DNA of 64,000 bases from Pseudomonadota bacterium (GTDB taxonomy: Bacteria > Pseudomonadota > Gammaproteobacteria > Burkholderiales > Burkholderiaceae_C), in contig JAIUPH010000027.1 of NCBI GenBank assembly GCA_020161065.1, positions 2,072 to 66,071 of the forward strand, read 5' to 3'. The translations under genes and the position numbers were made by a program. Position 1 is the first letter of the stretch, and every line of letters starts with the position of its first letter. Below, in pieces: positions 31,091 to 39,951 of this stretch. Below the pieces are notes generated by a model. The model ran no database searches. It worked only from the letters and a program-made list of their open reading frames with translations, and was not told the origin of the DNA.

Positions 31091-31899
31091 GCCGCCGGCT
31101 TGCTGCCGGAATCGGCCGCCTCTTCGTCGGGCGCCTTGGTGTTCTTGATGAAGGCCACCGCGGCGAGGATGCCGAGTTCGTACAGGATGCACATCGGCAC
31201 CGCCAGCGACAGCTGCGAGATCACGTCGGGCGGCGTGACGACCGCGGCGACGATGAAGGCGCCGACGATGAAGTAGCCGCGGAACTTGCGCAACTGCGCC
31301 ACCGTGACGAGCCCGATGCGCGCCAGCACCACCACCGCCACCGGCACCTCGAAGGCGATGCCGAACACCAGGAACAGCGTCAGCACGAAGCCGAAGTACT
31401 GCTCGATGTCAGGCGCCGCGGTGATGGCCGTCGGCGCGAACGACTGGATGAACTTGCTCATCGCCGGGATCACGAGGAAGTAGCAGAAGGCCACGCCGAT
31501 GAAGAACAGCACCGTGCTGCTGACCACCAGCGGCAGCACGAACTTCTTCTCGTGCGAGTACAGCCCCGGCGCGACGAAGGCCCACACCTGGTACAGCACG
31601 TAGGGCAGCACGACCAGGAAGGCGGCCATCAGCGTGATCTTCAGCGGCACCAGGATCGGCGAGATCACGTTGGTGGCGATCAGCTTGGTGCCTTCGGGCA
31701 GGTGCGCCACCATCGGCTGCGCCAGCAGGTCGTACAGCGCGCCCATGCCGGGCCAGAAGGCCAGCACGCCGAAGGCGATGCCGACGGCGATGAGCGAGCG
31801 GATGAGCCGGTCGCGCAGTTCGATCAGGTGCGAGACGAAGGGCGCTTCGGTGCCGGCCAGTTCGTCTTCGGGTTCCTTCTTCGGGCTTGGGTCGCTCAT
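31087..31899 (-). CDS. tatC: twin-arginine translocase subunit TatC
   Basis: 270 aa. ...APFVSHLIELRDRLIRSLIAV... Confidence 0.95.
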   Translation of the reverse strand: MSDPSPKKEPEDELAGTEAPFVSHLIELRDRLIRSLIAVGIAFGVLAFWPGMGALYDLLAQPMVAHLPEGTKLIATNVISPILVPLKITLMAAFLVVLPYVLYQVWAFVAPGLYSHEKKFVLPLVVSSTVLFFIGVAFCYFLVIPAMSKFIQSFAPTAITAAPDIEQYFGFVLTLFLVFGIAFEVPVAVVVLARIGLVTVAQLRKFRGYFIVGAFIVAAVVTPPDVISQLSLAVPMCILYELGILAAVAFIKNTKAPDEEAADSGSKPAA

Positions 31900-31912
31900 C
31901 GCTCGAAGCCGC

Positions 31913-32416
31913 TCACGGCCGCTTGAGGCCCGGCGGCCTGAAGCGCGCGACGCGGGCCGCGCCCGATTGCGCCTTGGTGCGGATGCCGCTGCGCTGTTTG
32001 TACCACTGCGGCGTGGCGCCGCGCTTGAGGCGCCAGTTCTTCTTCGGGTGCCGGTAGGCCGGCGCCGGCGTGTCGAGCGAGGTGCCGTCGGGCAGGCTGG
32101 CGGCGCTGCCGGTCATGTCGAGATCGGATTTCCATTCGGCGCCGATGCTGTTGAACTCGGCGGCGGCCTGGTTCACTTCCTGGTTGACGCTCTGTCCGAC
32201 ATCGCGCGCGGCGTCCTCGAACTGCGTCTTCATCTTCTTGAGCTCTTCGAGCTCGATCGAGCGGTTGACCTCGGCCTTCACGTCGGCCACGTAGCGCTGC
32301 GCCTTGCCCATCAGGTGGCCCACGGTGCGCGCCACGCGCGGCAGCTTCTCGGGCCCGATGACGATCAAGGCCACGGCGCCGATCAGGGCGATCTTGTCGA
32401 ATCCGAAGTCGATCAT
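31913..32416 (-). CDS. tatB: twin-arginine translocase subunit TatB
   Basis: 167 aa. [33 protein letters not shown]... Confidence 0.93.
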   Translation of the reverse strand: MIDFGFDKIALIGAVALIVIGPEKLPRVARTVGHLMGKAQRYVADVKAEVNRSIELEELKKMKTQFEDAARDVGQSVNQEVNQAAAEFNSIGAEWKSDLDMTGSAASLPDGTSLDTPAPAYRHPKKNWRLKRGATPQWYKQRSGIRTKAQSGAARVARFRPPGLKRP

Positions 32417-32460
32417 GCGTCAGCCGCGGCGGGCGCCGGAGCACCCGCCGCTCGGGCCTG

Positions 32461-32709
32461 TCAGGACTTGGTCTTGGCCTCGACGTCGACCGTGTTGCCG
32501 TCGGCCTGGCGCTGCGCGGCGGTGACCTGCTGCGGCGGCGCGGCGGGGGTGGCCGCATCGTTGCCTTCGGCACCGCCCTTGACGCCGTCCTTGAAGCCCT
32601 TGACCGCGGCGCCAAGGTCGGAACCCATGTTCTTGAGCTTCTTGGTGCCGAAGATCAGCACCACGACCAGCAGCACGATCAGCCAATGCCAGATGCTGAA
32701 CGATCCCAT
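32461..32709 (-). CDS. tatA: twin-arginine translocase subunit TatA
   Basis: 82 aa. [33 protein letters not shown]... Confidence 0.93.
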   Translation of the reverse strand: MGSFSIWHWLIVLLVVVLIFGTKKLKNMGSDLGAAVKGFKDGVKGGAEGNDAATPAAPPQQVTAAQRQADGNTVDVEAKTKS

Positions 32710-32755
32710 ATCGACTCTCCTGCAGACGAACCCGTCATTCTAGGTGAGGGCAATG

Positions 32756-33103
32756 TCACCCCTTGGCCCAGGGCCGCGGCCCGCCCATCACGTGCATGTG
32801 CAGGTGCTGCACTTCCTGGCCGCCGTCGCGCCCGGTGTTGATCACGGTGCGAAAGCCGTTGGTGACGCCCAGTTCGCGCATCAATTGCGGCGCCAGCGCC
32901 AGCATGCGGCCCAGCATCGGCGCCTGCTCGGGGCCCACGTCGGCGTGGCTGGCGATGTGCGCCTTGGGAATCACCAGCACGTGCACCGGCGCCCAGGGGT
33001 GGATGTCGTGGAAGACCAGCAGCTCGTCGTCTTCGTAGGCCTTCTTGGCCGGGATCTGGCCGGCGACGATCTTGCAGAAGATGCAGTGGGGGTCAGCGCT
33101 CAT
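32756..33103 (-). CDS. histidine triad (HIT) nucleotide-binding protein
   Basis: Start [19 protein letters not shown] (cat at 33101-33103). HIT motif HLHMHV. 115 aa. Confidence 0.9.
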   Translation of the reverse strand: MSADPHCIFCKIVAGQIPAKKAYEDDELLVFHDIHPWAPVHVLVIPKAHIASHADVGPEQAPMLGRMLALAPQLMRELGVTNGFRTVINTGRDGGQEVQHLHMHVMGGPRPWAKG

Positions 33104-33471
33104 GCGGCAGGTCCTTCTCGGTCGCGTTCCTGATCTCGTTGGGCGGCCTTGCGCGCCGCGAACTCTTCCAGCCCCGACTGGCCTTCGCGGCGCTCCAGCT
33201 CGGCCAGCACCTCGGCCGGCGTGAGGCCGTAGTGCGCCAGCGCCACCAGCGTGTGGAACCACAGGTCGGCCACCTCGTAGACGATCTTGGCGCGGTCGCC
33301 GTCCTTGGCGGCCATCACCGTCTCGGTGGCTTCCTCGCCGATCTTCTTCAAGATGGCGTCGGGGCCTTTGGCAAACAAGCGCGCGACGTAGCTGCTGGCC
33401 GGGTCGCCGCCGCGGCGCGATTCGATCACCGCGGCCAGCCGCGCCAGCGTGTCGTTGGAGCTTGGGCTCAT
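33100..33471 (-). CDS. hisE: phosphoribosyl-ATP diphosphatase
   Basis: Start [33 protein letters not shown]... 123 aa. 4-nt overlaps with hisI and the HIT gene. Confidence 0.9.
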   Translation of the reverse strand: MSPSSNDTLARLAAVIESRRGGDPASSYVARLFAKGPDAILKKIGEEATETVMAAKDGDRAKIVYEVADLWFHTLVALAHYGLTPAEVLAELERREGQSGLEEFAARKAAQRDQERDREGPAA

Positions 33472-33863
33472 GATTGCTTGTAGATCGCAGCCGGGTCCTG
33501 CAGCACCGGCGCCACGCTGCGCCATTGGCCGCCATCGAGCTGCTGGAAGAAACAACTGTGGCGACCGGTGTGGCAGGCGATGCCGGGCTCGTGGCCGAGC
33601 TGGGTGACGGTGAGCAGCAGCACGTCGTTGTCGCAGTCCATGCGGATGGCGTGCACCTGCTGGAAGTGGCCCGATTCCTCGCCCTTGTGCCACAGCCGCT
33701 GGCGCGAGCGGCTCCAGTACACGGCTTGTTGCCGGCGCACGGTCTCGGCCAGCGCCTGGCGGTTCATCCACGCGAACATCAGCACGTCGCCGCTGCCCAG
33801 CTCCTGCGCGATCACCGGCACCAGGCCGTCGCGGTCCCACTTGATGGCATCCAACCAGTCCAT
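33468..33863 (-). CDS. hisI: phosphoribosyl-AMP cyclohydrolase
   Basis: 131 aa. ...LVPVIAQE...[10 protein letters not shown]...[18 protein letters not shown]...DCDNDVLLL. Confidence 0.93.
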   Translation of the reverse strand: MDWLDAIKWDRDGLVPVIAQELGSGDVLMFAWMNRQALAETVRRQQAVYWSRSRQRLWHKGEESGHFQQVHAIRMDCDNDVLLLTVTQLGHEPGIACHTGRHSCFFQQLDGGQWRSVAPVLQDPAAIYKQS

Positions 33864-33872
33864 GCCGAAAGT

Positions 33873-34328
33873 CTAGTGCGTGGCGCCCACGTGGCCGCGC
33901 TCGGCGGCGAACCAGTTCAGGACGGGAATGGTGCCCGGCAGCACCGGCGCCACCTGCACCGGCAAGGTCTGCCAGCTCATCTGCTGGCCTTCGCGCATCT
34001 CGAAGCGGCCCTGCCAGTCGTAGACCTTGCAGAAGTGCAGCCGCACCAGGGCATGCGGGTAGTCGACGATCTCCTGCTGCCACGGGTGCGCGGCGGCGAT
34101 GGTGATGCCCAGTTCCTCGTGCAGCTCGCGGCGCAGCGCCTGCGCCACCGTCTCGCCGGGTTCGAACTTGCCGCCGGGGAACTCCCAGTAGCCGGCGTAG
34201 ACCTTGCCGGCGGGGCGGCTGGTCAGCAGGAAGCGGCCTTGCGCGTCGAGCAGGACGCCCACCGCGACGTCCACCGGACGGCGCGCCTCCTGATCCGCGA
34301 CGTCGACCGGCACGCGCTCATCCGCCAT
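33873..34328 (-). CDS. NUDIX hydrolase (MutT-like)
   Basis: Start MADERVPV (cat at 34326-34328). Nudix box [24 protein letters not shown]. 151 aa. Overlaps the upstream gene by 11 nt. Confidence 0.85.
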   Translation of the reverse strand: MADERVPVDVADQEARRPVDVAVGVLLDAQGRFLLTSRPAGKVYAGYWEFPGGKFEPGETVAQALRRELHEELGITIAAAHPWQQEIVDYPHALVRLHFCKVYDWQGRFEMREGQQMSWQTLPVQVAPVLPGTIPVLNWFAAERGHVGATH

Positions 34329-35190
34329 GGTGCCGCCCGGCATAGTCCTTCGCGAACTGGAACGCCACCCGCCCCGAGCGCGAGCCGCGCTCCAGCGCCC
34401 ACACCAGGCTTTCCTGCCGCGCCGCGGCAATGGCGTCTTCGGCCACGCCGAAGCTGCGCAGCCATTGCGCGACGATGGCCAGGTACTCGTCCTGGCTGAA
34501 AGGGTAGAAGCTCACCCACATGCCGAAGCGTTCCGACAGGCTGATCTTCTCTTCCACCACCTCGCCGGGGTGGACCTCGCCGTCCTCGGTGTGCTGGTAG
34601 CTTAGGTTCTCCTTCATGTACTCGGGCAGCAGGTGGCGGCGGTTGCTGGTGGCGTAGATCAGCACGTTGTCGCTGCTTTGCGCCACGCTGCCGTCGAGCA
34701 TGCTCTTCAGCGCCTTGTAGCCGGCCTCGCCTTCGTCGAAGCTCAGGTCGTCGCAGAAGACCACGAAGCGCTCGGGCCGCTCGGCCACCAGGTCCACCAG
34801 GTCGGGCAGGTCGACGAGGTCGGCCTTGTCGACCTCGATCAGGCGCAAGCCCTGGCCGCTGAACTCGTTCAGGCAGGCCTTGATCAGGCTGCTCTTGCCC
34901 GTGCCGCGGGCACCGGTCAGCAGCACGTTGTTGGCCGGCAGCCCGGCCACGAACTGCTGCGTGTTGCGCAGCAGGCGCTCCTTCTGCGCGTCGACCTCCT
35001 TCAGGTCCGACAAGCGGATGGTCGCCACGTGGCGCACCGGCTGCAGCAGGCCCGAGCCGCCGCGCTTGCGGTAGCGAAAGGCGACCGAGGCGGTCCAGTC
35101 GGGCGCCGCCGGCGCATGGGGCAGCACGGCTTCCAGCCGCGCCAGCAGCCGCTCGGCGCGGCTGATCAGGGTTTCGATCGAAGCAGACAT
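34318..35190 (-). CDS. DUF815-type AAA ATPase
   Basis: Start MSASIETLISRAERLL (ATG at 35190; a TTG lies at 35199). Walker A GARGTGKSS. 290 aa. Confidence 0.8.
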   Translation of the reverse strand: MSASIETLISRAERLLARLEAVLPHAPAAPDWTASVAFRYRKRGGSGLLQPVRHVATIRLSDLKEVDAQKERLLRNTQQFVAGLPANNVLLTGARGTGKSSLIKACLNEFSGQGLRLIEVDKADLVDLPDLVDLVAERPERFVVFCDDLSFDEGEAGYKALKSMLDGSVAQSSDNVLIYATSNRRHLLPEYMKENLSYQHTEDGEVHPGEVVEEKISLSERFGMWVSFYPFSQDEYLAIVAQWLRSFGVAEDAIAAARQESLVWALERGSRSGRVAFQFAKDYAGRHHGG

Positions 35191-35205
35191 GGGCTCCAAG
35201 TTTAT

Positions 35206-35853
35206 TCAGCCCGGCACGGCCAGCACTTCGTGGCCGCGCACGACGAACACGCGTTCGCCATCGCCGCGGCGCAAGGCATGCATGCCGGTGAACTCGCCGA
35301 AGGCCGGCAGCACGCCGACCGCGGGGCCGAAGTGAAAGCACGGCAGCCGCAGCCGGTCGTGCGCGCGGCCGCCCAGCACCACGCAGGGGTGGACGTGGCC
35401 GGCCAGCACGTAGGCGCCGTCTTGCGCCTCGGGGTGGTGGCGCAGCGCCAGGCCGCCCAGCATGAAGGGCTCGTCGGCCACGCGCACGCGCCAGTCGGCC
35501 GGCGGGTCGCCGGCGTGGCGGTCGTGGTTGCCGCGCAGCAGCAGGCAGTCGAGTTGAAGGTGCGCGGCGCGCCAGCGCTGCACCGCGGCCAGCGTCTCGG
35601 CGCCGCGGCCGCGCGCCGAATGCAGCAGGTCGCCGAGGAAGATCACGCGCTCGGCGGCGGTGGCCTGCAGCGCCTCGTCCAGCCGCGCCAGCGTACCCGC
35701 CGTGGTGCCGGCCGGCACCGGCACGCCGAGGCGCCGGAACGACTGCGCCTTGCCGATGTGCGCATCGGCCACCAGCAGGCTGCGGTGCAAGGGCAGGTAG
35801 ACGGCGCGCTGCGGCAGCAGCAGCAGCGCCTCGCCGCCGGCCTCGATGCGCAT
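35206..35853 (-). CDS. pdeM: metallophosphoesterase of the PdeM type (ligase-associated DNA damage response endonuclease family)
   Basis: Start MRIEAGGEALLLLPQRAVYLPLHRSLLVADAHIGKAQSFRRLGVPVP...VIFLGDLLHS...LLRGNHD...LAGHVHP. 215 aa. Confidence 0.7.
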   Translation of the reverse strand: MRIEAGGEALLLLPQRAVYLPLHRSLLVADAHIGKAQSFRRLGVPVPAGTTAGTLARLDEALQATAAERVIFLGDLLHSARGRGAETLAAVQRWRAAHLQLDCLLLRGNHDRHAGDPPADWRVRVADEPFMLGGLALRHHPEAQDGAYVLAGHVHPCVVLGGRAHDRLRLPCFHFGPAVGVLPAFGEFTGMHALRRGDGERVFVVRGHEVLAVPG

Positions 35854-35864
35854 GCGGCCCGAAC

Positions 35865-36521
35865 TCAGGCGCTCAGCCGCTGCAGGGGCGCTTCGACGGC
35901 TTCGGTGGGCAGGCGGCGGAAGCCCGAGCGCGCGTAGCGCTGCAGCCGGCCGATGATCAGCGCGGTGATGGCCGCCGCCATCGCCTGCGTCTCCACCGTC
36001 GGCGTCGGCGAGGCGTTGGCCTCGGCCACCGGGCGCAGGCATTGGCGCAGCTGCGACTCGACGCGGTCGAAGAACTGGTTCATGCGCGCGTTCAGCCGTT
36101 CATGCTCGAAGACCAGCGCGTCGCCGACCATCACGCGCGTCATGCCCGGGTTCTTCTCGCCGAACTGCAGCAGCATCAGCGCGATGCGCTGCGCCTGCAG
36201 CGAGCCCGACTCGTCGCGCTCGACGATCTGCCGCACCAGCGTGAAGACGCTCGACTCGATGAACTCGATCAGCCCCTCGAACATCTGCGCCTTGCTGGCG
36301 AAGTGGCGGTACAGCGCGGCCTCCGACACGTCCAGCCGGGCCGCCAGCGCCGCGGTGGTGATGCGCTCGGCGCCGGGTTGCTCCAGCATGCTGGCCAGCG
36401 TCTGCAGGATCTGCACGCGGCGCTCGCCGGGGCGCGGCCGCTTGCGCGCCGCCGGGGCGGGATCGGGGACTGGAGCGGCGGCGGCGCTGTCGGCGACCGG
36501 GTCTTCAGACGTATCGGACAT
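35865..36521 (-). CDS. slmA: TetR-family nucleoid occlusion factor SlmA
   Basis: 218 aa. The segment ILQTLASMLEQPGAERITTAALAARLDVSEAALYRHFASKAQMFEGLIEFIE closely parallels E. coli SlmA as recalled from memory. Confidence 0.8.
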   Translation of the reverse strand: MSDTSEDPVADSAAAAPVPDPAPAARKRPRPGERRVQILQTLASMLEQPGAERITTAALAARLDVSEAALYRHFASKAQMFEGLIEFIESSVFTLVRQIVERDESGSLQAQRIALMLLQFGEKNPGMTRVMVGDALVFEHERLNARMNQFFDRVESQLRQCLRPVAEANASPTPTVETQAMAAAITALIIGRLQRYARSGFRRLPTEAVEAPLQRLSA

Positions 36522-36564
36522 CGCGCTGCGCGAGAGGCGGCTGTGTGGCTTGTGATCGAGCGGT

Positions 36565-36578
36565 CAAGCAATTGCTTG
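36565..36578. promoter_or_regulatory. 14-bp perfect palindrome CAAGCAATTGCTTG upstream of slmA
   Basis: Read directly. Lies 44-57 bp upstream of the slmA ATG (36521) in the 123-bp gap after the HAD gene. Confidence 0.4.
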
Positions 36579-36644
36579 CAATCGATTCTGGCATAGGCCC
36601 CTGGCGGCTCCGGCTGCAGGTAAACACCAACATTCCAACGATGT

Positions 36645-37325
36645 TCAAGGCAAGCGCCGGCGCAGCGCCTGCAGGCTGTTGACCTTGCGGTCGACGTAGG
36701 GCGGGCAGCGCGCGCGGTCGCGCCGCGCGGCCAGTGCGTTGGCACGGATCCAGCGCCGCAGCCACACGGTCTTCATGCCCAGGCGGCGCGCCGCCTTCTG
36801 GTGCTGCAGCGTGTCTTCCACCAGCACGCATTGCGACGGGTGGACCTTGAGCCGCGCCGCCACCGTGCGCAGCATGCGCGCGTCGGGCTTGGGCCGAAGC
36901 TGGCCGAACATCGCCATGTCCTCGATCGTGATGACGCCGTCGAAGAGGGGCAGCAGGTCCAGCGTCTGCAGCACCCGCATCGCGTAGGCGCGCGGCGCAT
37001 TGGTCAGCACGACCTTGCGGCCGGGCAGCGCGGCCAGCGCCGCCACGTCGTGCGGGTGGCGGCGCAGCCGGTCCTCGAGCCCAGGCAGCAGGTGGGTGTG
37101 GTGCAGGAAGTGCGCCGCCTTCACCGCGTGGTGGCGCACCAGGCCCAGCAGCGTGGCGCCATAACGCTGGAAATAGCGGCGCCGCAGCGCGTCGGATTCG
37201 GGCTGCGTGAGTTGCAGCTCGCGCCGGATGTATTCGCCCATCGCCAGCGACAGCGCCGGCATCGCCGAGCGGTGCGCGTCGTGCAGCGTGTCGTCCATGT
37301 CGAACAGCCAGACGCGCGGCTTCAT
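36645..37325 (-). CDS. HAD-family pyrimidine 5'-nucleotidase
   Basis: Start MKPRVWLFDMDDTLHDA (cat at 37323-37325; ATGA overlap with the upstream gene). 226 aa. Confidence 0.82.
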   Translation of the reverse strand: MKPRVWLFDMDDTLHDAHRSAMPALSLAMGEYIRRELQLTQPESDALRRRYFQRYGATLLGLVRHHAVKAAHFLHHTHLLPGLEDRLRRHPHDVAALAALPGRKVVLTNAPRAYAMRVLQTLDLLPLFDGVITIEDMAMFGQLRPKPDARMLRTVAARLKVHPSQCVLVEDTLQHQKAARRLGMKTVWLRRWIRANALAARRDRARCPPYVDRKVNSLQALRRRLP

Positions 37326-38260
37326 GCGTGCCTCCGGCCGCGTTGCGACAGCCCCCAGATCGCCGACAACAGCAGCGCCGCGCCCAGCCATTGCGCCGGC
37401 CCCAGCGCCTGGCCCAGCAGCAGCGCCGCCAGCAGCACCGCGGTGAGCGGCTCCACCAGGATGGCCACCGTCAGCGCCGTGGGCGACAGGCGCTGCGCGC
37501 TCCAGCTGAAGGCCAGCAGCGCCAGCGCCGCGGTCACCACGCCCAGGTACAGCAGCCAGGCCTCGGGCGCGGCATCACCGGGCCAGCGCAGCGGCTCGAT
37601 GAAGCCGCTGAAACCCATCACGCCGACGGCCACCACGGTCAAACAGGTGGCGGCACGGCCCGAGCCCAGCCCCGCCGACAAGCGCCCGCTGACCAGCGAG
37701 AACGCGGTGTGCAGCAGCGCCGCGCCCACCGACCAGGCCACGCCCTCGGCCAGCCGCCAGCCGCGCGGCGCCTGCGCGCCGGCGCCGTGGCCCAGCACGA
37801 TGAGCGCGGTGCCGCCGACGGCGGCGCCCAGGATCACGGCCAGCGGCAGGTCCAGCCGCTCGCGACCGCGGCCCACCGCGATCAGCGTCACCAGCACCGG
37901 CGGCAGGCATTGGGCGATCAGCGTCGGCACCGCGGCGCCGATGCGCGCGATGCCGATGAACCAGCACAGCACGGACAAGGCCATGCACAGCCCGGCGGCC
38001 AGCACCAGGCCGAGTTGCGGCCGCACCGCGCGCCACAGCCCCGGGCGGCCGAACAAGGCCAGCAGCACCAGCGCGCCGACGGCAAAGCGCCAGAACGAGA
38101 TGGTCTCGGGGCTGAAGCCGTGGCGGGCGATCAGCAGGTTGACCACCAGCGCGCCAGTGCCCCACAGGAATCCGGCGCCGCAGGCCGCCAACAAGGCCAG
38201 GCGGCCCAAGTGGTCGGGGTTCAAGATCGAAAAGCGTTGATGCGTCCGCCGCGAACGCAC
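37322..38260 (-). CDS. DMT-superfamily (EamA-like) transporter
   Basis: 312 aa, about 10 TM segments, two-fold EamA-like layout. Start uncertain. Confidence 0.8.
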   Translation of the reverse strand: MRSRRTHQRFSILNPDHLGRLALLAACGAGFLWGTGALVVNLLIARHGFSPETISFWRFAVGALVLLALFGRPGLWRAVRPQLGLVLAAGLCMALSVLCWFIGIARIGAAVPTLIAQCLPPVLVTLIAVGRGRERLDLPLAVILGAAVGGTALIVLGHGAGAQAPRGWRLAEGVAWSVGAALLHTAFSLVSGRLSAGLGSGRAATCLTVVAVGVMGFSGFIEPLRWPGDAAPEAWLLYLGVVTAALALLAFSWSAQRLSPTALTVAILVEPLTAVLLAALLLGQALGPAQWLGAALLLSAIWGLSQRGRRHA

Positions 38261-38358
38261 GCGGCGCGCGCATCGTAGCCGGGCGAGCGGGCCGCGGCTT
38301 CAGCGCGGCGGGCGGAGCACCCGCATCGACGCCGACGCCGTCGTCGACCCGCTCGCCA

Positions 38359-38598
38359 TCAAGGCGCGCCGGCCAGGTGCGCGACGGCGTAGCGCCTGGC
38401 CAGCAACTCGAACACCACGTGCGGGTCGCCGCAATAACCGTTGGCCTGCAGCAACTCGGGCAGCAGCCGATCGAGCTTGGCCGACAGCGCTTCGAACGTG
38501 TCGGCCTCGGCCACCAGGCCCGGCACGTCGTCGGACATGGCGACCCAGACCCCGGCTTCGGTGTCCCACTCGGCGTGGATGAACAGGGCTCTTCCCAC
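38359..38598 (-). CDS. DUF1902 domain protein (HicB-like fold), no partner gene
   Basis: 79 aa. MGRALFIHAEWDTEAGVWVAMSDDVPGLVAEADTFEALSAKLDRLLPELL... Confidence 0.65.
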   Translation of the reverse strand: MGRALFIHAEWDTEAGVWVAMSDDVPGLVAEADTFEALSAKLDRLLPELLQANGYCGDPHVVFELLARRYAVAHLAGAP

Positions 38599-38625
38599 GT
38601 GCGCCTCGCCCGGTTCGCGCCGCCC

Positions 38626-39951
38626 TTACGACGCCATGCGCCGCCGGCGCAGCACCGCCACCAGCCCCAGTGCCGCGAAGGCCAGGCCCACGGGCTCGGG
38701 CACCTGGTTGGGGTCGACGTTGACGGTGATCGGCGTCTGCGTGCCGGTGAACTGCCCGGCGCCGGTGAAGGTGAGGCCGGTGACGAAGGCCGTGGTGCTG
38801 CCCGGGTTCAGACCGGCGCTGGTCTCGATGCCCAGCACGCGGAAGCGGTCCACGCCGTCGGGGCCGAAGCTGTAGACATTCGCGCCGTTCCAGTCGTGCG
38901 CCAGCAGCACCAGTTGCCCGGCGGCGTCGTAGCCGTAGATGTCATACAAGCCGTCGCCGATGTCGTCGGGCAGGTCCACGGTCAGGAACCACGGGTCGCC
39001 GACGCCGGTCGCGTAGTCGTAGCCGACCGCGACCTCGGGGTCGATGTAGTAGGTGACGCCCGGTTTCACCGTCATGTTGAACAGGAAGGAGCCGTCGGCC
39101 TGCACCACCGGCAGGTTGACCACCGGGCCGCCGGTTTGCGTGGACCTGAAGTCCGCGTACATGCGGGCAATGGCCTGGATATTGGAGTTGGCGAGACTGG
39201 AGGATGAAGTGTTCTTGGTCTGAATCAGCGAGATTTCGATCATGTAGTCGACGCCGTCTTGGAACACATAACCATTGGCCTTGTTGCCTGTGAACTTGGC
39301 AGGGTCGACGGTGAAGCTGGTCACGTTCGGCTGGAAGTTCTCGCTGTAGACCTGACCGCTGTTGCTGGCGGTCATCAGGCTCTTGTCGTAGATGTTGACG
39401 CGATAACCGTTGACCACCGCGCCGTCCGGCGGCGACCAGCCGAAAGTGGGCTTCTGGCTCGTGCCCGACAAGGTGATGTTGGCTACCTTGGGCGCCTGCG
39501 TGGCCGCTGGGTCGAGGAATACCGACTGCGACTTGTAGTCGCTGCCGTTCTGGAAATTGAGGTACCAAGTGCCGCGGTACAGCGAACTGTCGGCGTAGTA
39601 GCCGGCTGCCATGAACATGTTCAGCGGACTGGGTGACGAATAGATGCGCCGGCAGACGACCGTGCCGCCGGCCGACTGGCAGGTGTGGGCGGCGTCGGAC
39701 CCGTCGGTCGGCACCGACTGGCTGGCCCAGGCGACCGTGCCCGCGCTCCAGTCGATCGGATTGCTGTCGGTCACCACCGGCGAAACGGTGTTCGCCCCAA
39801 ACCGTACGAGGCTGCCGGGGGTCCAGCCGACGGAATTGGCGCCCCGGTACTCCAGGTTGAAAAACGGCGTCGACACGTTGACGGGCGTCGCTTGCGCCGC
39901 GATCGAGGCGATCAGCAGCGCCGCCGCGGCGGACAGGGTGTGCACTTGCAT
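38626..39951 (-). CDS. PEP-CTERM sorting-domain protein (Asn/Tyr/Ser/Thr-rich, low-GC gene)
   Basis: RBS GGAGGAG. Signal peptide MQVHTLSAAAALLIASIAAQA. C-terminus VPEPVGLAFAALGLVAVLRRRRMAS. 441 aa. Hand-counted 47-52% G+C in 39181-39300. Confidence 0.85.
   Translation of the reverse strand: MQVHTLSAAAALLIASIAAQATPVNVSTPFFNLEYRGANSVGWTPGSLVRFGANTVSPVVTDSNPIDWSAGTVAWASQSVPTDGSDAAHTCQSAGGTVVCRRIYSSPSPLNMFMAAGYYADSSLYRGTWYLNFQNGSDYKSQSVFLDPAATQAPKVANITLSGTSQKPTFGWSPPDGAVVNGYRVNIYDKSLMTASNSGQVYSENFQPNVTSFTVDPAKFTGNKANGYVFQDGVDYMIEISLIQTKNTSSSSLANSNIQAIARMYADFRSTQTGGPVVNLPVVQADGSFLFNMTVKPGVTYYIDPEVAVGYDYATGVGDPWFLTVDLPDDIGDGLYDIYGYDAAGQLVLLAHDWNGANVYSFGPDGVDRFRVLGIETSAGLNPGSTTAFVTGLTFTGAGQFTGTQTPITVNVDPNQVPEPVGLAFAALGLVAVLRRRRMAS

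Noticed and set aside
38261-38358. Possible HicA-type toxin remnant downstream of the DUF1902 gene
   Set aside because: Only a 20-codon ORF (MASGSTTASASMRVLRPPR) fits in the 98-bp gap. It has no resemblance to HicA, and the 89-aa ORF 38300..38569 is an off-frame overlap of the DUF1902 gene.
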